Assembly: GCA_037190965.1 (NCBI GenBank) | Contig: JBBCKI010000048.1 | Location: 10,297-74,296, forward strand | DNA length: 64,000 nt | Direction of reading: 5' to 3' | Origin: Chthoniobacteraceae bacterium | Lineage (GTDB): Bacteria; Verrucomicrobiota; Verrucomicrobiia; Chthoniobacterales; Chthoniobacteraceae | Shown here: one piece after another, positions 25,611 to 35,433 of the stretch | Numbering within the stretch: position 1 is the first letter of the stretch | How the letters are laid out: each line of letters begins with the position of its first letter | The notes under the pieces: model-generated | Seen by the model: the letters and a program-made list of their open reading frames with translations, nothing else | Database searches by the model: none | What the model was told of the DNA's origin: nothing | Position numbers and translations under genes: made by a program

Positions 25611-28600
25611 CTAGGCAAGTGCCGCCTGGGCTGCCGCGAGGCGCGCGACGGGCACACGGTAAGGCGAGCAGCTCACGTAGGTGAGGCCCAGCTTGTGGCA
25701 GAACTTGACGGAATCGGGATCGCCGCCATGTTCGCCGCAGATGCCCAGCTTGATGCCGGGGCGGGCCTTGCGGCCCTTCTCGGAGGCGATCTCCATGAGC
25801 TGGCCGACGCCGGTCTGGTCGATCGTGGCGAAGGGGTTCTTCTTCACGATTTCCAGTTCCGCATAGTGCGGCAGGAACGAGCCCGAGTCGTCGCGGCTCA
25901 TGCCCAGCGCGGTCTGCGTGAGGTCGTTGGTGCCGAAGCTGAAGAACTCGGCGGTCCCGGCGATTTCGTCCGCCGTGAGCGCGCCACGAGGCACTTCGAT
26001 CATCGTACCGACGAGGTACTTGATCTTCACCTTCTGTTCCTTCTGCACTTCGTCAGCCACGCGGCGGACGATCTCCACCTGAATATCGAGCTCCTTCTTG
26101 AAGCCGACGAGCGGGATCATCACCTCGGGGTTCACCTTCACGCCGCTCTTCTGCACTTCGGCGGCGGCCTCGAAGATGGCGCGCGCCTGCATCTCGGTGA
26201 TCTCGGGGAACGAGATCCCAAGACGGCAGCCACGGTGGCCGAGCATCGGGTTCATTTCATGCAGCTCGTGAACGCGCTTGGCGATCTTCTCGGCGGGCAC
26301 TCCCAGCTTCTCGGCCAGCGCGCTCTGGGCGGCGTGGTCGTTGGGCAGGAATTCATGCAAGGGCGGATCGAGCAGGCGGATCGTGGCAGGCAGGCCTTTG
26401 AGCGCCTTGAAGATGCCCACGAAGTCGCCCTTCTGGAACGGCAGGAGGCGTTTGACCGCCGCCTTCCGGTCGTCGTCCTTGTCGGCGAGGATCATCTCGC
26501 GGACCACGTCGATGCGCTCGCCCTCGAAGAACATGTGCTCCGTGCGGGTGAGGCCGATGCCGCTCGCGCCGAAGGCGATTGCGTTCTCGACCTGTTCCGG
26601 CGTGTCGGCGTTCGTGCGGACCTGGAGCTTGGTGGCTTTCGCGCACCAGTCCATGAGCTGGACGAAGTTCTTGTAGGTGCCGCCCTTCTTGGCAATGGCG
26701 TCGTTCTCGATGAGGCCCTGGATGACTTCCGAGGCCGCCGTCTTGAGTTCGCCGGCGTAAACCGCGCCGCTGGTGCCGTCGATGGAGAGGTAGTCCTCGC
26801 CTTCGCGGAACACCTGGCCGTCCACGGTCATTGTCCGGGCAGTGTAGTCGACCACGATGGCCGCAGCGCCGCAGACGCAGACTTTGCCCATCTGACGGGC
26901 GACGAGCGCCGCGTGCGAGGAGACCCCGCCGCGAGCGGTGAGGATGCCTTCGGCGGCGATCATGCCACGGAGATCTTCCGGGGAAGTCTCCACGCGAACG
27001 AGGAGCACTTTCTCGCCCTTGGCCGCAGCGGCAGCCGCGCGGTCGGCGTTCACATAGATCTTGCCGGTGGCCGCGCCCGGGCCCGCAGGCAGGCCGGTGG
27101 CGATCACCTTGCTGTTCTTGACGGCGGTGCGATCGAAGATCGGCGCGAGCACCTGCTCAAGCTGGTCAGCCGGGACGCGATGCACGGCGGTCTTCCAGTC
27201 GATGAGCTTCTCCTTGACCATCTCGACAGCGAAGCGGACGGCGGCGACGCCGGTGCGCTTTCCGTTGCGGGTCTGGAGCATGAAGACAGTGCCGTCCTGA
27301 ATGGTGAACTCGAAGTCCTGCACGTCCTTGAAGTGGGTCTCCAAGGTCTTGCGGATGCGGTCGAGCTCGGCGTAAGCCTTCGGGAGCTGCTTCTTAAGGT
27401 CGGCGACGGGCTCCGGCGTGCGAACGCCCGCCACCACGTCTTCGCCCTGCGCGTTGATGAGGAATTCTCCGTAGAACACCTTCTCGCCGGTGGCCGGGTC
27501 ACGCGTGAAGGCGACGCCGGAACCGGAGTTTTCGCCGGTGTTGCCGAACACCATCGCCTGCACGTTGACGGCCGTGCCCCACTCGTGCGGGATGCCGTAC
27601 TTGCGGCGGTAGACGATCGCGCGATCGTTCATCCAGGAGCCGAACACGGCACCCACCGCGCCCTTGAGCTGCGCCCACGGGTCGTTCGGGAAGTCCTTGC
27701 CGGTACGCTCCTTAACGAGCTTCTTGAATCGGGCGACGAGTTCGCGGAAGTCGTCGGCGCTCAGCTGCGCGTCGGAGAGTTCGTGGTTGCCGTAGCGTTC
27801 GTCCTTAAGGTGCTCGATCACCGTTTCGAACGGTTCGTGATCTTCGCTCGGGAGCTTCTGCACGCCGAGAACGACGTCGCCGTACATCTGGATGAACCGG
27901 CGGTAGCAATCCCAGGCGAAACGCTCGTTCTTGGTGGCGGCGGCAACCGCCTGCACCGTCTCGTCATTGAGACCGAGGTTGAGAATCGTGTCCATCATGC
28001 CGGGCATCGAATCGCGCGCGCCGGAGCGGACAGCGACGAGCAGCGGCATCTTGGAGGTGTCGCCGAACTTCGTCCCCATGATCTTCTCCATGTTCTTGAC
28101 GCCGGCTTCCACCTGCCCCTGGAGTTCCTGGGGATAGGTGCGCTTGTTGTCGTAGAAATAGGTGCAGACTTCCGTGGTGATGGTGAACCCGGGAGGCACC
28201 GGCAGGTTGATGCGGGTCATCTCGGCGAGGTTCGCGCCCTTGCCGCCGAGCAGCGCCTTCATCGTTCCGTTCCCGTCGGCCTTGCCTGCGCCCCAGGTGT
28301 AAACGTACTTATTCTTGCGGGCAGTCGGCTTGGCTGCTGGCTTGGCGACCGGCTTGGCGGCTTTGACCGCTTTGACTGCCTTGGTAGCTGGCTTCACGGC
28401 TTTGGCTGCGGGCTTGGCTGCTGGCTTCACAGGCTTGACTGCCTTTACCGCTTTGACAGCCTTCACCGGCTTCACGGCCTTCGCCGCTTTGGCGGCCGGA
28501 GCTTTTTTGGCGGGAGCCGCTTTGGCGGCCGGTTTCACAGCCTTTGCTGGTGCCGCCTTCTTCGAGGCGACCTTCTTGGGAGCCGCCTTAAGAGCCTTCA

Positions 28601-28634
28601 CGGCCTTAGGGGCTGACTTCGTTTTTTTGGGCAT
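25611..28634 (-). CDS. ppdK: Pyruvate, phosphate dikinase with ~105-aa lysine/alanine/proline-rich N-terminal extension
   Basis: The canonical PPDK core runs from [31 protein letters not shown]. The catalytic His region [15 protein letters not shown] and the C-terminal [10 protein letters not shown] are present. Residues 1-105 consist of [10 protein letters not shown]-type repeats. Confidence 0.93.
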   Translation of the reverse strand: MPKKTKSAPKAVKALKAAPKKVASKKAAPAKAVKPAAKAAPAKKAPAAKAAKAVKPVKAVKAVKAVKPVKPAAKPAAKAVKPATKAVKAVKAAKPVAKPAAKPTARKNKYVYTWGAGKADGNGTMKALLGGKGANLAEMTRINLPVPPGFTITTEVCTYFYDNKRTYPQELQGQVEAGVKNMEKIMGTKFGDTSKMPLLVAVRSGARDSMPGMMDTILNLGLNDETVQAVAAATKNERFAWDCYRRFIQMYGDVVLGVQKLPSEDHEPFETVIEHLKDERYGNHELSDAQLSADDFRELVARFKKLVKERTGKDFPNDPWAQLKGAVGAVFGSWMNDRAIVYRRKYGIPHEWGTAVNVQAMVFGNTGENSGSGVAFTRDPATGEKVFYGEFLINAQGEDVVAGVRTPEPVADLKKQLPKAYAELDRIRKTLETHFKDVQDFEFTIQDGTVFMLQTRNGKRTGVAAVRFAVEMVKEKLIDWKTAVHRVPADQLEQVLAPIFDRTAVKNSKVIATGLPAGPGAATGKIYVNADRAAAAAAKGEKVLLVRVETSPEDLRGMIAAEGILTARGGVSSHAALVARQMGKVCVCGAAAIVVDYTARTMTVDGQVFREGEDYLSIDGTSGAVYAGELKTAASEVIQGLIENDAIAKKGGTYKNFVQLMDWCAKATKLQVRTNADTPEQVENAIAFGASGIGLTRTEHMFFEGERIDVVREMILADKDDDRKAAVKRLLPFQKGDFVGIFKALKGLPATIRLLDPPLHEFLPNDHAAQSALAEKLGVPAEKIAKRVHELHEMNPMLGHRGCRLGISFPEITEMQARAIFEAAAEVQKSGVKVNPEVMIPLVGFKKELDIQVEIVRRVADEVQKEQKVKIKYLVGTMIEVPRGALTADEIAGTAEFFSFGTNDLTQTALGMSRDDSGSFLPHYAELEIVKKNPFATIDQTGVGQLMEIASEKGRKARPGIKLGICGEHGGDPDSVKFCHKLGLTYVSCSPYRVPVARLAAAQAALA

Positions 28635-28667
28635 AATATTTCGTGGTTTCGAGGGTCCGGCCTTTGT

Positions 28668-28880
28668 CTAAGCCGGTGTGAGATTTTGTGCTTCCGTCAG
28701 CACTTTGGTGATGGCTCCGGTAAAGTCGCCAATCCCCGTGCTGGGGATGATGATGGTGTTGCGCCTTCCATGCGCTTCTTCGCAGATCCGCAAAAATTGT
28801 CCGCGATCATTCTCGCGGAACTCGACGGTAAGATGCTTCCGTTCAACCTGAAATTCTTGTTTGGCGATAACGTGGTCCAT
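28668..28880 (-). CDS. PUR-alpha/beta-like (DUF3276-type) single-repeat nucleic-acid-binding protein
   Basis: In the 70-aa ORF, the segment VERKHLTVEFRENDRGQFLRICEEAHGRRNTIIIPSTGIGDF follows the PUR repeat pattern. Compare the eukaryotic [21 protein letters not shown], quoted from memory. Confidence 0.65.
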   Translation of the reverse strand: MDHVIAKQEFQVERKHLTVEFRENDRGQFLRICEEAHGRRNTIIIPSTGIGDFTGAITKVLTEAQNLTPA

Positions 28881-29115
28881 GAAAAAGCTCTACATCCGGG
28901 GAGAACCAATCATCTCGTTTCGGGAAAAGTCGCCGCGCCATTCTTCCGCCGACCGGGAAGGGGTTTATCGAAATGTTGATTTGACAAAGAGAGCACGGGA
29001 AAGCCGCGAACTTTCTCACAGTTCACGAGAACCGTAAACAAGGAAAAATCGATGGCTGAGTTGTGCGGGATTGTGCGGGACGGCCAGGCGCCAAGCCAGA
29101 CCGCAAGCCGCTTAG

Positions 29116-32100
29116 TCATCGTTGCGAGGGGGCGTCTTCGAAATAAATGGCCGCCTCGTCTTCTCCCGGCATGACGTAGAGGGATTTGTGACCACCGACG
29201 ATTTCCTTTCCGTGGGGATAACGAACCATGAGAAAGACTTGCTGTGCAGGAGCATCGACAAACTCGAACCGGCCTTCCTGATCGGTCGTGAGTTCAGGGC
29301 TCGAAACTCCACTATTGTCGATGGTCCAGTTCAACCGGACGCCGGGGATTCCCGCCCCGGTGGATTTATCGAGGATCCGCCCGGCAACCCGCTTTCCATT
29401 TTTGAGGACCACCGGCTTCCCGCTCGAAAATTCAACCGGCGTTTCAGCGCGAAGATAACCGCCGCTCTCCGGTCGAAGAAAGAAGCGTTCCCCCGGTTCA
29501 TCGCCTCCGACCCACAATGTGACGCGGCCACTGGCATCCGTTTGAAGGGAATGATCGCCCGCGATCCGCTCAAAACCATCCTTGAAGATCGATGTTGAAA
29601 GGCTGATCCCCGAGGCCGGTCGCCCGTCTTCACCCACCACAAGGATCTCGTACTTTCTTGGCTCGGGCAGCGTCAGAATGACATCGCTGACGGGATTGCG
29701 GGCATTGATTCTGACAGGCTGGCTGATGACGAAACGGTTCCAGCAAGAAGCGACGACCTGATAACCCCTTCCACCAAACTCGATCGGTTTGGAAAGATAC
29801 CATTCCCTCGCATCCTCCGGAGATGCCCCGTTCTTGATCTCGATGCGGTCCCACTCGCTGTCCCCTTTCCGTCGCCCCCAGACAAAGACGGATTGCGCCA
29901 GCTCTCCATTTTTCTCCAGAACTTTCACCCGTATCATTCCTGCGGGCTTAACGGGAATCGTCAGAACGGTGGGGTCTGTCGTGGCCTGATACTCGGCTTT
30001 TTCATCAATCTTGCCCCCAAGCAACGTTGAATTGTTCAGCCGAAAGAGAGCAGTCCCCGGAAGCTCGAATTCCGCCTTACCCTCTTTGATGGGCACGTCA
30101 AAACCTCTCCACGCTTCCGTCTTTCCCGGCAGTGCCCAGTTGAGCCAGAAACTTCCCGTGGGGGCCGCGCCGCCTCGTCCGGTATCCAGATTGAGAACGA
30201 CCTTCACCTTCGCGGGCGGCTTGATTTTTGCATAGTCGATCGTGAACTCCGTGGTTTCTGCACTGAGTTCAGGCGAGTGACTCCAAAGGCCCAACATATA
30301 AATATCCACTGGCAAGGGGCGGAGCCCGCGCAGTTCAACCTCAGCGATACCCTCGGCGATGGGCATTGTCACACGCGCTGAATCTGAGCCGTTCTCGGAC
30401 GTTCTTTGACCATACTGAACCGTGATCTCCTTTTCGGGAACGTCCAGATTGATGATCTTGAGTTTCAACCGCCGCTCGCGAGGCAATCGCAACGTCAGGC
30501 TGTTTTCCTTGCCGGGGCTGATCCGAAATAGCGCCCCACGACGGAATGACGCGCCCGTCTCGTCGCGGATCGAAGCTTCCGCCTGCATTCCATAAATCAC
30601 TTTCGGATCCAGCCCATCCAGCGTCGCCTGCCCCCCGGCATCGGTCCGCAATCCAGTGTAGTTCCATTTTGGCCATGCGAGCCCGGCGTTATTGGGCCAC
30701 GCCTCGTTGATCCGAAGAGTAACGTCCTTGAGAGGAGTCCCGTCGAGTTCGTCGATGACGGTCAGCACAAATGGCGCTGTTCTTTTAAGCGCAAACTGAG
30801 GCGGTTCTGTTTGCGACCTCACCAGAAATCTCTCAATGCGGGCCGTCTGGTATCCCGGCGCGGAGATGCGAAGCTCTCCGAACCAGCGTTCGGGTTGATG
30901 CTTGAAATGAGCAAGGCCGTCAGCGTCAGTCGTCGAGCGCTGCTCCGAAATGCTCCATCCATAAGAGATCGCCACTTCCGCGCCGTGAATCGGCCTCGAC
31001 TCCGTATCCACACAACGCACCGCATAAACGATGCCGCGTTTGAGCACGACGGAAACATTCTCCGACGATCTTGTCAGTTCAAAGATTTCCGACGCGAACG
31101 CAAATTCCTCGGCTGTGACATAGAACCGCAGCAATCCATTGGGCAGCTCACCCTCGAACCTTCCATCGGCCAGGGTTTCTCCACGCGCGGTGGTCGAATT
31201 CGAGACGGGAAGCATTCTCCAAACGGCGCGCGGCACCGGTTTTCCCATCTCGTCCACGATGGTGCCGGAGAAGCGACGCATTTCCTGCCGCTCTTGCGAA
31301 GGATTTTGATAAACCCCGATCTGCCGCATGAACGGAGCCGCAAGGCGCTGAATCATCTCCACGCGCTCCTTGGCGGTTAACTGCTTGACGGCGAACCGCA
31401 CGCCCTGCCCTGCCGCCACGAAAAACAGCGCCACGAGACAGGCGACGGCTCCCGCGCCGAGCCAACCCGCCGGAGTGCGTGGAATATGGCCCGGGTTCAG
31501 AAGCCGCATCACCCGGTCGCGCAACCCGCTCCGCGACTTCTTTCCATCTCCGCTTATCGCCATTGCGGCCCCGACAGCCTCTCCTCCGGCGTTGCGAGTC
31601 CACCAGATCAGCGCCTCTGCATAAACGGCGGGATCGCTGCAAAAATGACTAGCCATCGCATCGCAGCAGGCTTCCCGTTCGCGACGCACGGTTCGATTGA
31701 GCGCCCAGACGAAAGGGTTGAAGAAGAGCAATGCCTCGGTGCCCATTTGCAGCAGGTTGATCAGGAGATCCCACCGGACCACATGCGCCACTTCGTGCGC
31801 CAACGCCGCGCGCAACACCTCGGGAGAAACGCCCGTCACAAGAGAGGCAGGCAACAGAATGACAGGCCGCGCTATTCCAACGACCACGGGAGAAAGAACG
31901 CGGTGGCAGGTTTTGAGCCGGATCGTCATCCGCGTTCCATAAGCCGCACAGACCTTGTCCAATTCCATGACCCAATCCGGATCTTTCACCAGCCTGGCTT
32001 CCCGGTGGAATTTCCGCGCGGAAGCAACCGAAGTGGCAATCCGCCAAAAGCCGATCGCCACGCCCGCCTGCCACACCATCAATAACCCGCTTTGCCACGG

Positions 32101-32421
32101 AAAGGCGGTGCGAGATACGGATAGGGACGAAACGGATGCGGGTTGGACCGTCGCCTGCAAGTCCGCATGAATACCGCCGGAAGCGTTCAAAGCGGGCGAC
32201 TCCCTTTTCAATTCAGATTTCCGTTCTTGGGCAACTTCCCTTTCCAACAAAGTCCAAGTCGCAAACCATGCGGTCGTCACCAGGCAAACCGCTCCAAGTG
32301 CCAACCGGTATCGCGCATTCGAGGCTCGCGCCGGAATGAATCGAAGAAGAAAAAATACAACCAGCCATGCCAATCCGCCCTGCCAGATCGAATGCAGCAA
32401 TGACGCGGATAGCGGATTCAT
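29116..32421 (-). CDS. BlaR1-like M56 peptidase signal transducer with large C-terminal beta-sandwich repeat region
   Basis: The N-terminal polytopic M56 domain carries HEVAHVVRWD (HExxH). About 770 further residues carry repeated G-x-V-x-D-x-x-G-x-P-x-x-G-A-x-V motifs of CarboxypepD_reg type. The start overlaps the blaI stop. Confidence 0.85.
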   Translation of the reverse strand: MNPLSASLLHSIWQGGLAWLVVFFLLRFIPARASNARYRLALGAVCLVTTAWFATWTLLEREVAQERKSELKRESPALNASGGIHADLQATVQPASVSSLSVSRTAFPWQSGLLMVWQAGVAIGFWRIATSVASARKFHREARLVKDPDWVMELDKVCAAYGTRMTIRLKTCHRVLSPVVVGIARPVILLPASLVTGVSPEVLRAALAHEVAHVVRWDLLINLLQMGTEALLFFNPFVWALNRTVRREREACCDAMASHFCSDPAVYAEALIWWTRNAGGEAVGAAMAISGDGKKSRSGLRDRVMRLLNPGHIPRTPAGWLGAGAVACLVALFFVAAGQGVRFAVKQLTAKERVEMIQRLAAPFMRQIGVYQNPSQERQEMRRFSGTIVDEMGKPVPRAVWRMLPVSNSTTARGETLADGRFEGELPNGLLRFYVTAEEFAFASEIFELTRSSENVSVVLKRGIVYAVRCVDTESRPIHGAEVAISYGWSISEQRSTTDADGLAHFKHQPERWFGELRISAPGYQTARIERFLVRSQTEPPQFALKRTAPFVLTVIDELDGTPLKDVTLRINEAWPNNAGLAWPKWNYTGLRTDAGGQATLDGLDPKVIYGMQAEASIRDETGASFRRGALFRISPGKENSLTLRLPRERRLKLKIINLDVPEKEITVQYGQRTSENGSDSARVTMPIAEGIAEVELRGLRPLPVDIYMLGLWSHSPELSAETTEFTIDYAKIKPPAKVKVVLNLDTGRGGAAPTGSFWLNWALPGKTEAWRGFDVPIKEGKAEFELPGTALFRLNNSTLLGGKIDEKAEYQATTDPTVLTIPVKPAGMIRVKVLEKNGELAQSVFVWGRRKGDSEWDRIEIKNGASPEDAREWYLSKPIEFGGRGYQVVASCWNRFVISQPVRINARNPVSDVILTLPEPRKYEILVVGEDGRPASGISLSTSIFKDGFERIAGDHSLQTDASGRVTLWVGGDEPGERFFLRPESGGYLRAETPVEFSSGKPVVLKNGKRVAGRILDKSTGAGIPGVRLNWTIDNSGVSSPELTTDQEGRFEFVDAPAQQVFLMVRYPHGKEIVGGHKSLYVMPGEDEAAIYFEDAPSQR

Positions 32422-32792
32422 TCCTTGGCCCTCCTTTTGTGTACCCGGATCATCCGTTCGATCTCGGAAAGCTCCGCTTCGCTAACATCGCCCGATTCCA
32501 AAAGCTGCATGAACACCGCCGAAGGCTTGCCGCCAAACACCTTCTGAACCATCTCTCCAAGATACTGCCCAAGGACGCTTTGCTTTGGATTGGCCGGTCT
32601 CCAACGATCCGTCAGCCCTTCCCTCTTTCGTTTGACCAGCCCCTTTCGATCCATGATTTGAAGGATCGAAAGAATGCTGGTGTAAGCCCGTTCCTTCTGA
32701 TCGGGCATATTCTCCAACACCTCCCTTGCCGTCGACGGACCACGCTCCCACAAGACCACAAGAATCTGCATCTCAAGTTCAGACGGCTTCAT
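32418..32792 (-). CDS. BlaI/MecI/CopY family transcriptional repressor
   Basis: The 124-aa winged-helix protein (LEMQILVVLWERGPSTAREVLENM...AYTSILSILQIMDRKGLVKR) is directly upstream of the M56 gene and overlaps it. Confidence 0.88.
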   Translation of the reverse strand: MKPSELEMQILVVLWERGPSTAREVLENMPDQKERAYTSILSILQIMDRKGLVKRKREGLTDRWRPANPKQSVLGQYLGEMVQKVFGGKPSAVFMQLLESGDVSEAELSEIERMIRVHKRRAKE

Positions 32793-32793
32793 A

Positions 32794-32823
32794 CTAATAA
32801 CTCAGTAGGTACTGAATTATTAG
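32794..32823. promoter_or_regulatory. Candidate BlaI operator (14-bp inverted repeat)
   Basis: In CTAATAACTCAGTA-GG-TACTGAATTATTAG the arms match at 13 of 14 positions. The palindrome ends 1 nt from the blaI start codon. Confidence 0.55.
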
Positions 32824-32912
32824 TAGGATGTCAACCGTGCCGTTTCAGCAGGCCGCTCATTCGGAGGCGAAAAGATGGCAGGCAGCTTGAGGGAAGGGCG
32901 CGCGCCAAACGC

Positions 32913-33014
32913 CAAAGCGGCGGGGGCGCCGCACTCCAAGGCGCTCTCGCGCCTGCATGGCGCACGACGGAACGCGGCAGCGTCTTGGAGTGCTGCGGTT
33001 TTCCGCAGCTTTCG
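32913..33014. repeat. Palindromic intergenic repeat, family B copy 1
   Basis: The arms aaagcggcgggggcgccgcactccaaggcgc and gcgtcttggagtgctgcggttttccgcagcttt form a long hairpin. The same arms occur at 52730-52832. The element is downstream of the rnr stop. Confidence 0.8.
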
Positions 33015-33126
33015 TGCGCAGGCCCCCCCTTCGAACTCAGTGGAAAACTCCAGGCGGACTCACCCCGTGAGTCCCTTCACCCAATCCAGTCTCGCCTGCA
33101 TCCACGGGAAATCACCGTATCTCGTT

Positions 33127-35433
33127 TCATCCCCGCCGCCTCTTTTTCATCCCGGCACGATCTTCTCTCCTGCCCTTGAAACCTTTCGCCCCTTTTAGCT
33201 CTCCACCCGCTTTCGGCGTTCTCACTCCACGTCCCTCTTTCTCCGGCGCAGGCTTGAAGTCGATCTGCTGTTTATAGACATCAACCTTGAGCACCGCCAC
33301 ACGGAGGCGTTCCCCAACGGCGTAAACCTTGTGCGTCTTCCGCCCGACAAAACGGAAGCGGACAGGATCGAACATATAGAAGTCACCCGAGAGCGCGGAG
33401 ACATGCACCAGCCCGGAGATCAGATACTCCGGCAATTCGATCACTAACCCATAGTTGCGAACATCGAGAATCACCGCTTCAAACTCGTCCTGCCGCGCGG
33501 CGGCGAGGGAGAAATATTCGATCTTCTTGAGCTTCACCGATTCGCGCTCGGCCTCTTCCGCCGTTCTCTCCGTCTGCGAAATATGCGCGGTTACCGAAGG
33601 GAGATCCGCCGCCGCGATCCGCTGACGCGCTTCGCCGATATGGCCCACCACCCGGTGCACGACGAGATCCGCATACCGTCGGATCGGGCTGGTGAAATGA
33701 GTATAGTTAACCTTCGACAACCCAAAGTGGCCCAGCGGCTCGACGCCGTACGCCGCTCGCTTGAGGCTCTTTAGAAATGCGATCTTCAACGCGTACTCTT
33801 CGGGCTGGCCCTTGATCGCTTCCAGTAGCCGCGCCAACTCGGCGCGCTGTTTGAGATCGCCGACCTTATAGTCGTAGTTCCTCACCAGCTCGCGAAATTC
33901 CGCCAACTTCTCCTCCGCCGGGTCCTCATGGACGCGGTAGACCGAAGGGTAGTTGCGCGACCGCGTTTCCTTGGCCACCGCTTCATTGGCAACGAGCATG
34001 AACTCCTCGATGAGCTGGTGCGAGATATCGTTCTCAATCTTCTCCAGCTTGACCGGGGTTCCCTGTTCGTTGAGCCAGACTTTGACCTCCGGGAAGTCGA
34101 GATCAAGCGACCCGGATTGAAAGCGGTTCTTCCGCAGGATCGACGCCAATTCCCACGCGAGCTTGATATTCTCCACCACGGCGGTCGGAATGACCTCCGT
34201 GCGATCCGGCACCGTCGCGGGCAGCGGCTCGGGCGTTTTGCCGGTGAGAATCGCGTAGGCCTGTTTGTATGTCAGCCGCGCGACGCTCCGGATCACGCTC
34301 TTGGAGAACCTTGCCTTCTTCATCTTGCCATTGCGGCTGAACTCAATGAAGGCGGAGCGGGTCAGGCGATCCACAGTCGGCTTTAATGAACAGATGCCGT
34401 TGCTCAGCCGCTCGGGAAGCATCGGGATCACGCGGTCCGCGAGGTAGACGCTATTACCACGCTGGAACGCTTCCTTGTCGAGCGCTGTCCCCGGCTGAAC
34501 ATAGTGAGAAACGTCGGCGATATGCACACCGACCCGCCATCCATCGCTAGTCTTTTCCACCTGGATCGCGTCGTCGAAATCGCGCGCGTCATCGGGGTCG
34601 ATCGTATAGATCAATTCCCCGCGCAGATCTTCACGCCGCGCGATCTCATGAGGCGGCACCGCCTCCGAAACCCCGTGCGCCTCCTTCACCACCTCGGAGG
34701 GAAACTCGACGGGGAGATGGTGCTTGCGGACGATGGATAGCATATCCACGCCGGGAGCCGAAGCCGGCCCGAGGACTTCGATAATCGCGCCTTCGGGATT
34801 GATGTGGCGCGAGGTCCATTCATCGAGCCGAACCACTACTTTGTCTCCCACGCGCGGCGGTGCAGGCAGCGGCGACTCACCGGGATGCACATAGACATCG
34901 TGGATGAACCGGGGATCGTCGGGGATGACGTAATGGAATTTCTTTGTCGTCTGGAGCGTGCCGACGATGGTGTCGGTGGCACGCTTGAGAATGCGAATGA
35001 CACGCCCCTCCCGCCGCTCTCCGGGCGCAGGACGGCGGCGGCCCCGCAAGGTTTCGACACCTTCCATCCCTTCATGAATAATGCGGGCGACCACGGTGTC
35101 ATTGGGCATCGCCGTCCAGGTGTTCTCTCCGGCGATATAGAGATCGGGCTGCCCCTTGCGTTCACTCAAGAGATGCGCGTTGCCGTTGGCGTGAATCTGG
35201 ATCACCCCTGTGACCAGCTGCGCCTCTTCGGGAAGCACATAGCGATCTTTGCGAACGCGGGCGATCTCGCCGCGTTGTTCGAGTTCCTTGAGAATGCCGC
35301 GAAGAAGGCTCCGGTCGTCCAAACCTAGCTTGAGCTTCTTGCTGATCTCGACTTTATCGAGCGGTTGGTAACGCGGTGAACGCATCAGCGCAAGAATGCG
35401 TTGAGCAATGATGGTGCTGGCGGGGGTGCTCAT
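33127..35433 (-). CDS. rnr: Ribonuclease R
   Basis: The 768-aa ORF has the RNB catalytic motif IDPDDARDFDDAI, cold-shock/S1 domains and a basic C-terminal tail. Confidence 0.93.
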   Translation of the reverse strand: MSTPASTIIAQRILALMRSPRYQPLDKVEISKKLKLGLDDRSLLRGILKELEQRGEIARVRKDRYVLPEEAQLVTGVIQIHANGNAHLLSERKGQPDLYIAGENTWTAMPNDTVVARIIHEGMEGVETLRGRRRPAPGERREGRVIRILKRATDTIVGTLQTTKKFHYVIPDDPRFIHDVYVHPGESPLPAPPRVGDKVVVRLDEWTSRHINPEGAIIEVLGPASAPGVDMLSIVRKHHLPVEFPSEVVKEAHGVSEAVPPHEIARREDLRGELIYTIDPDDARDFDDAIQVEKTSDGWRVGVHIADVSHYVQPGTALDKEAFQRGNSVYLADRVIPMLPERLSNGICSLKPTVDRLTRSAFIEFSRNGKMKKARFSKSVIRSVARLTYKQAYAILTGKTPEPLPATVPDRTEVIPTAVVENIKLAWELASILRKNRFQSGSLDLDFPEVKVWLNEQGTPVKLEKIENDISHQLIEEFMLVANEAVAKETRSRNYPSVYRVHEDPAEEKLAEFRELVRNYDYKVGDLKQRAELARLLEAIKGQPEEYALKIAFLKSLKRAAYGVEPLGHFGLSKVNYTHFTSPIRRYADLVVHRVVGHIGEARQRIAAADLPSVTAHISQTERTAEEAERESVKLKKIEYFSLAAARQDEFEAVILDVRNYGLVIELPEYLISGLVHVSALSGDFYMFDPVRFRFVGRKTHKVYAVGERLRVAVLKVDVYKQQIDFKPAPEKEGRGVRTPKAGGELKGAKGFKGRREDRAGMKKRRRG

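Noticed and set aside
25695-28616. A 973-aa plus-strand ORF opposite ppdK.
   Set aside because: This is the same codon-aligned antisense artefact (25697 and 28634 are congruent mod 3). No motifs are present, whereas the ppdK frame carries all the catalytic signatures.
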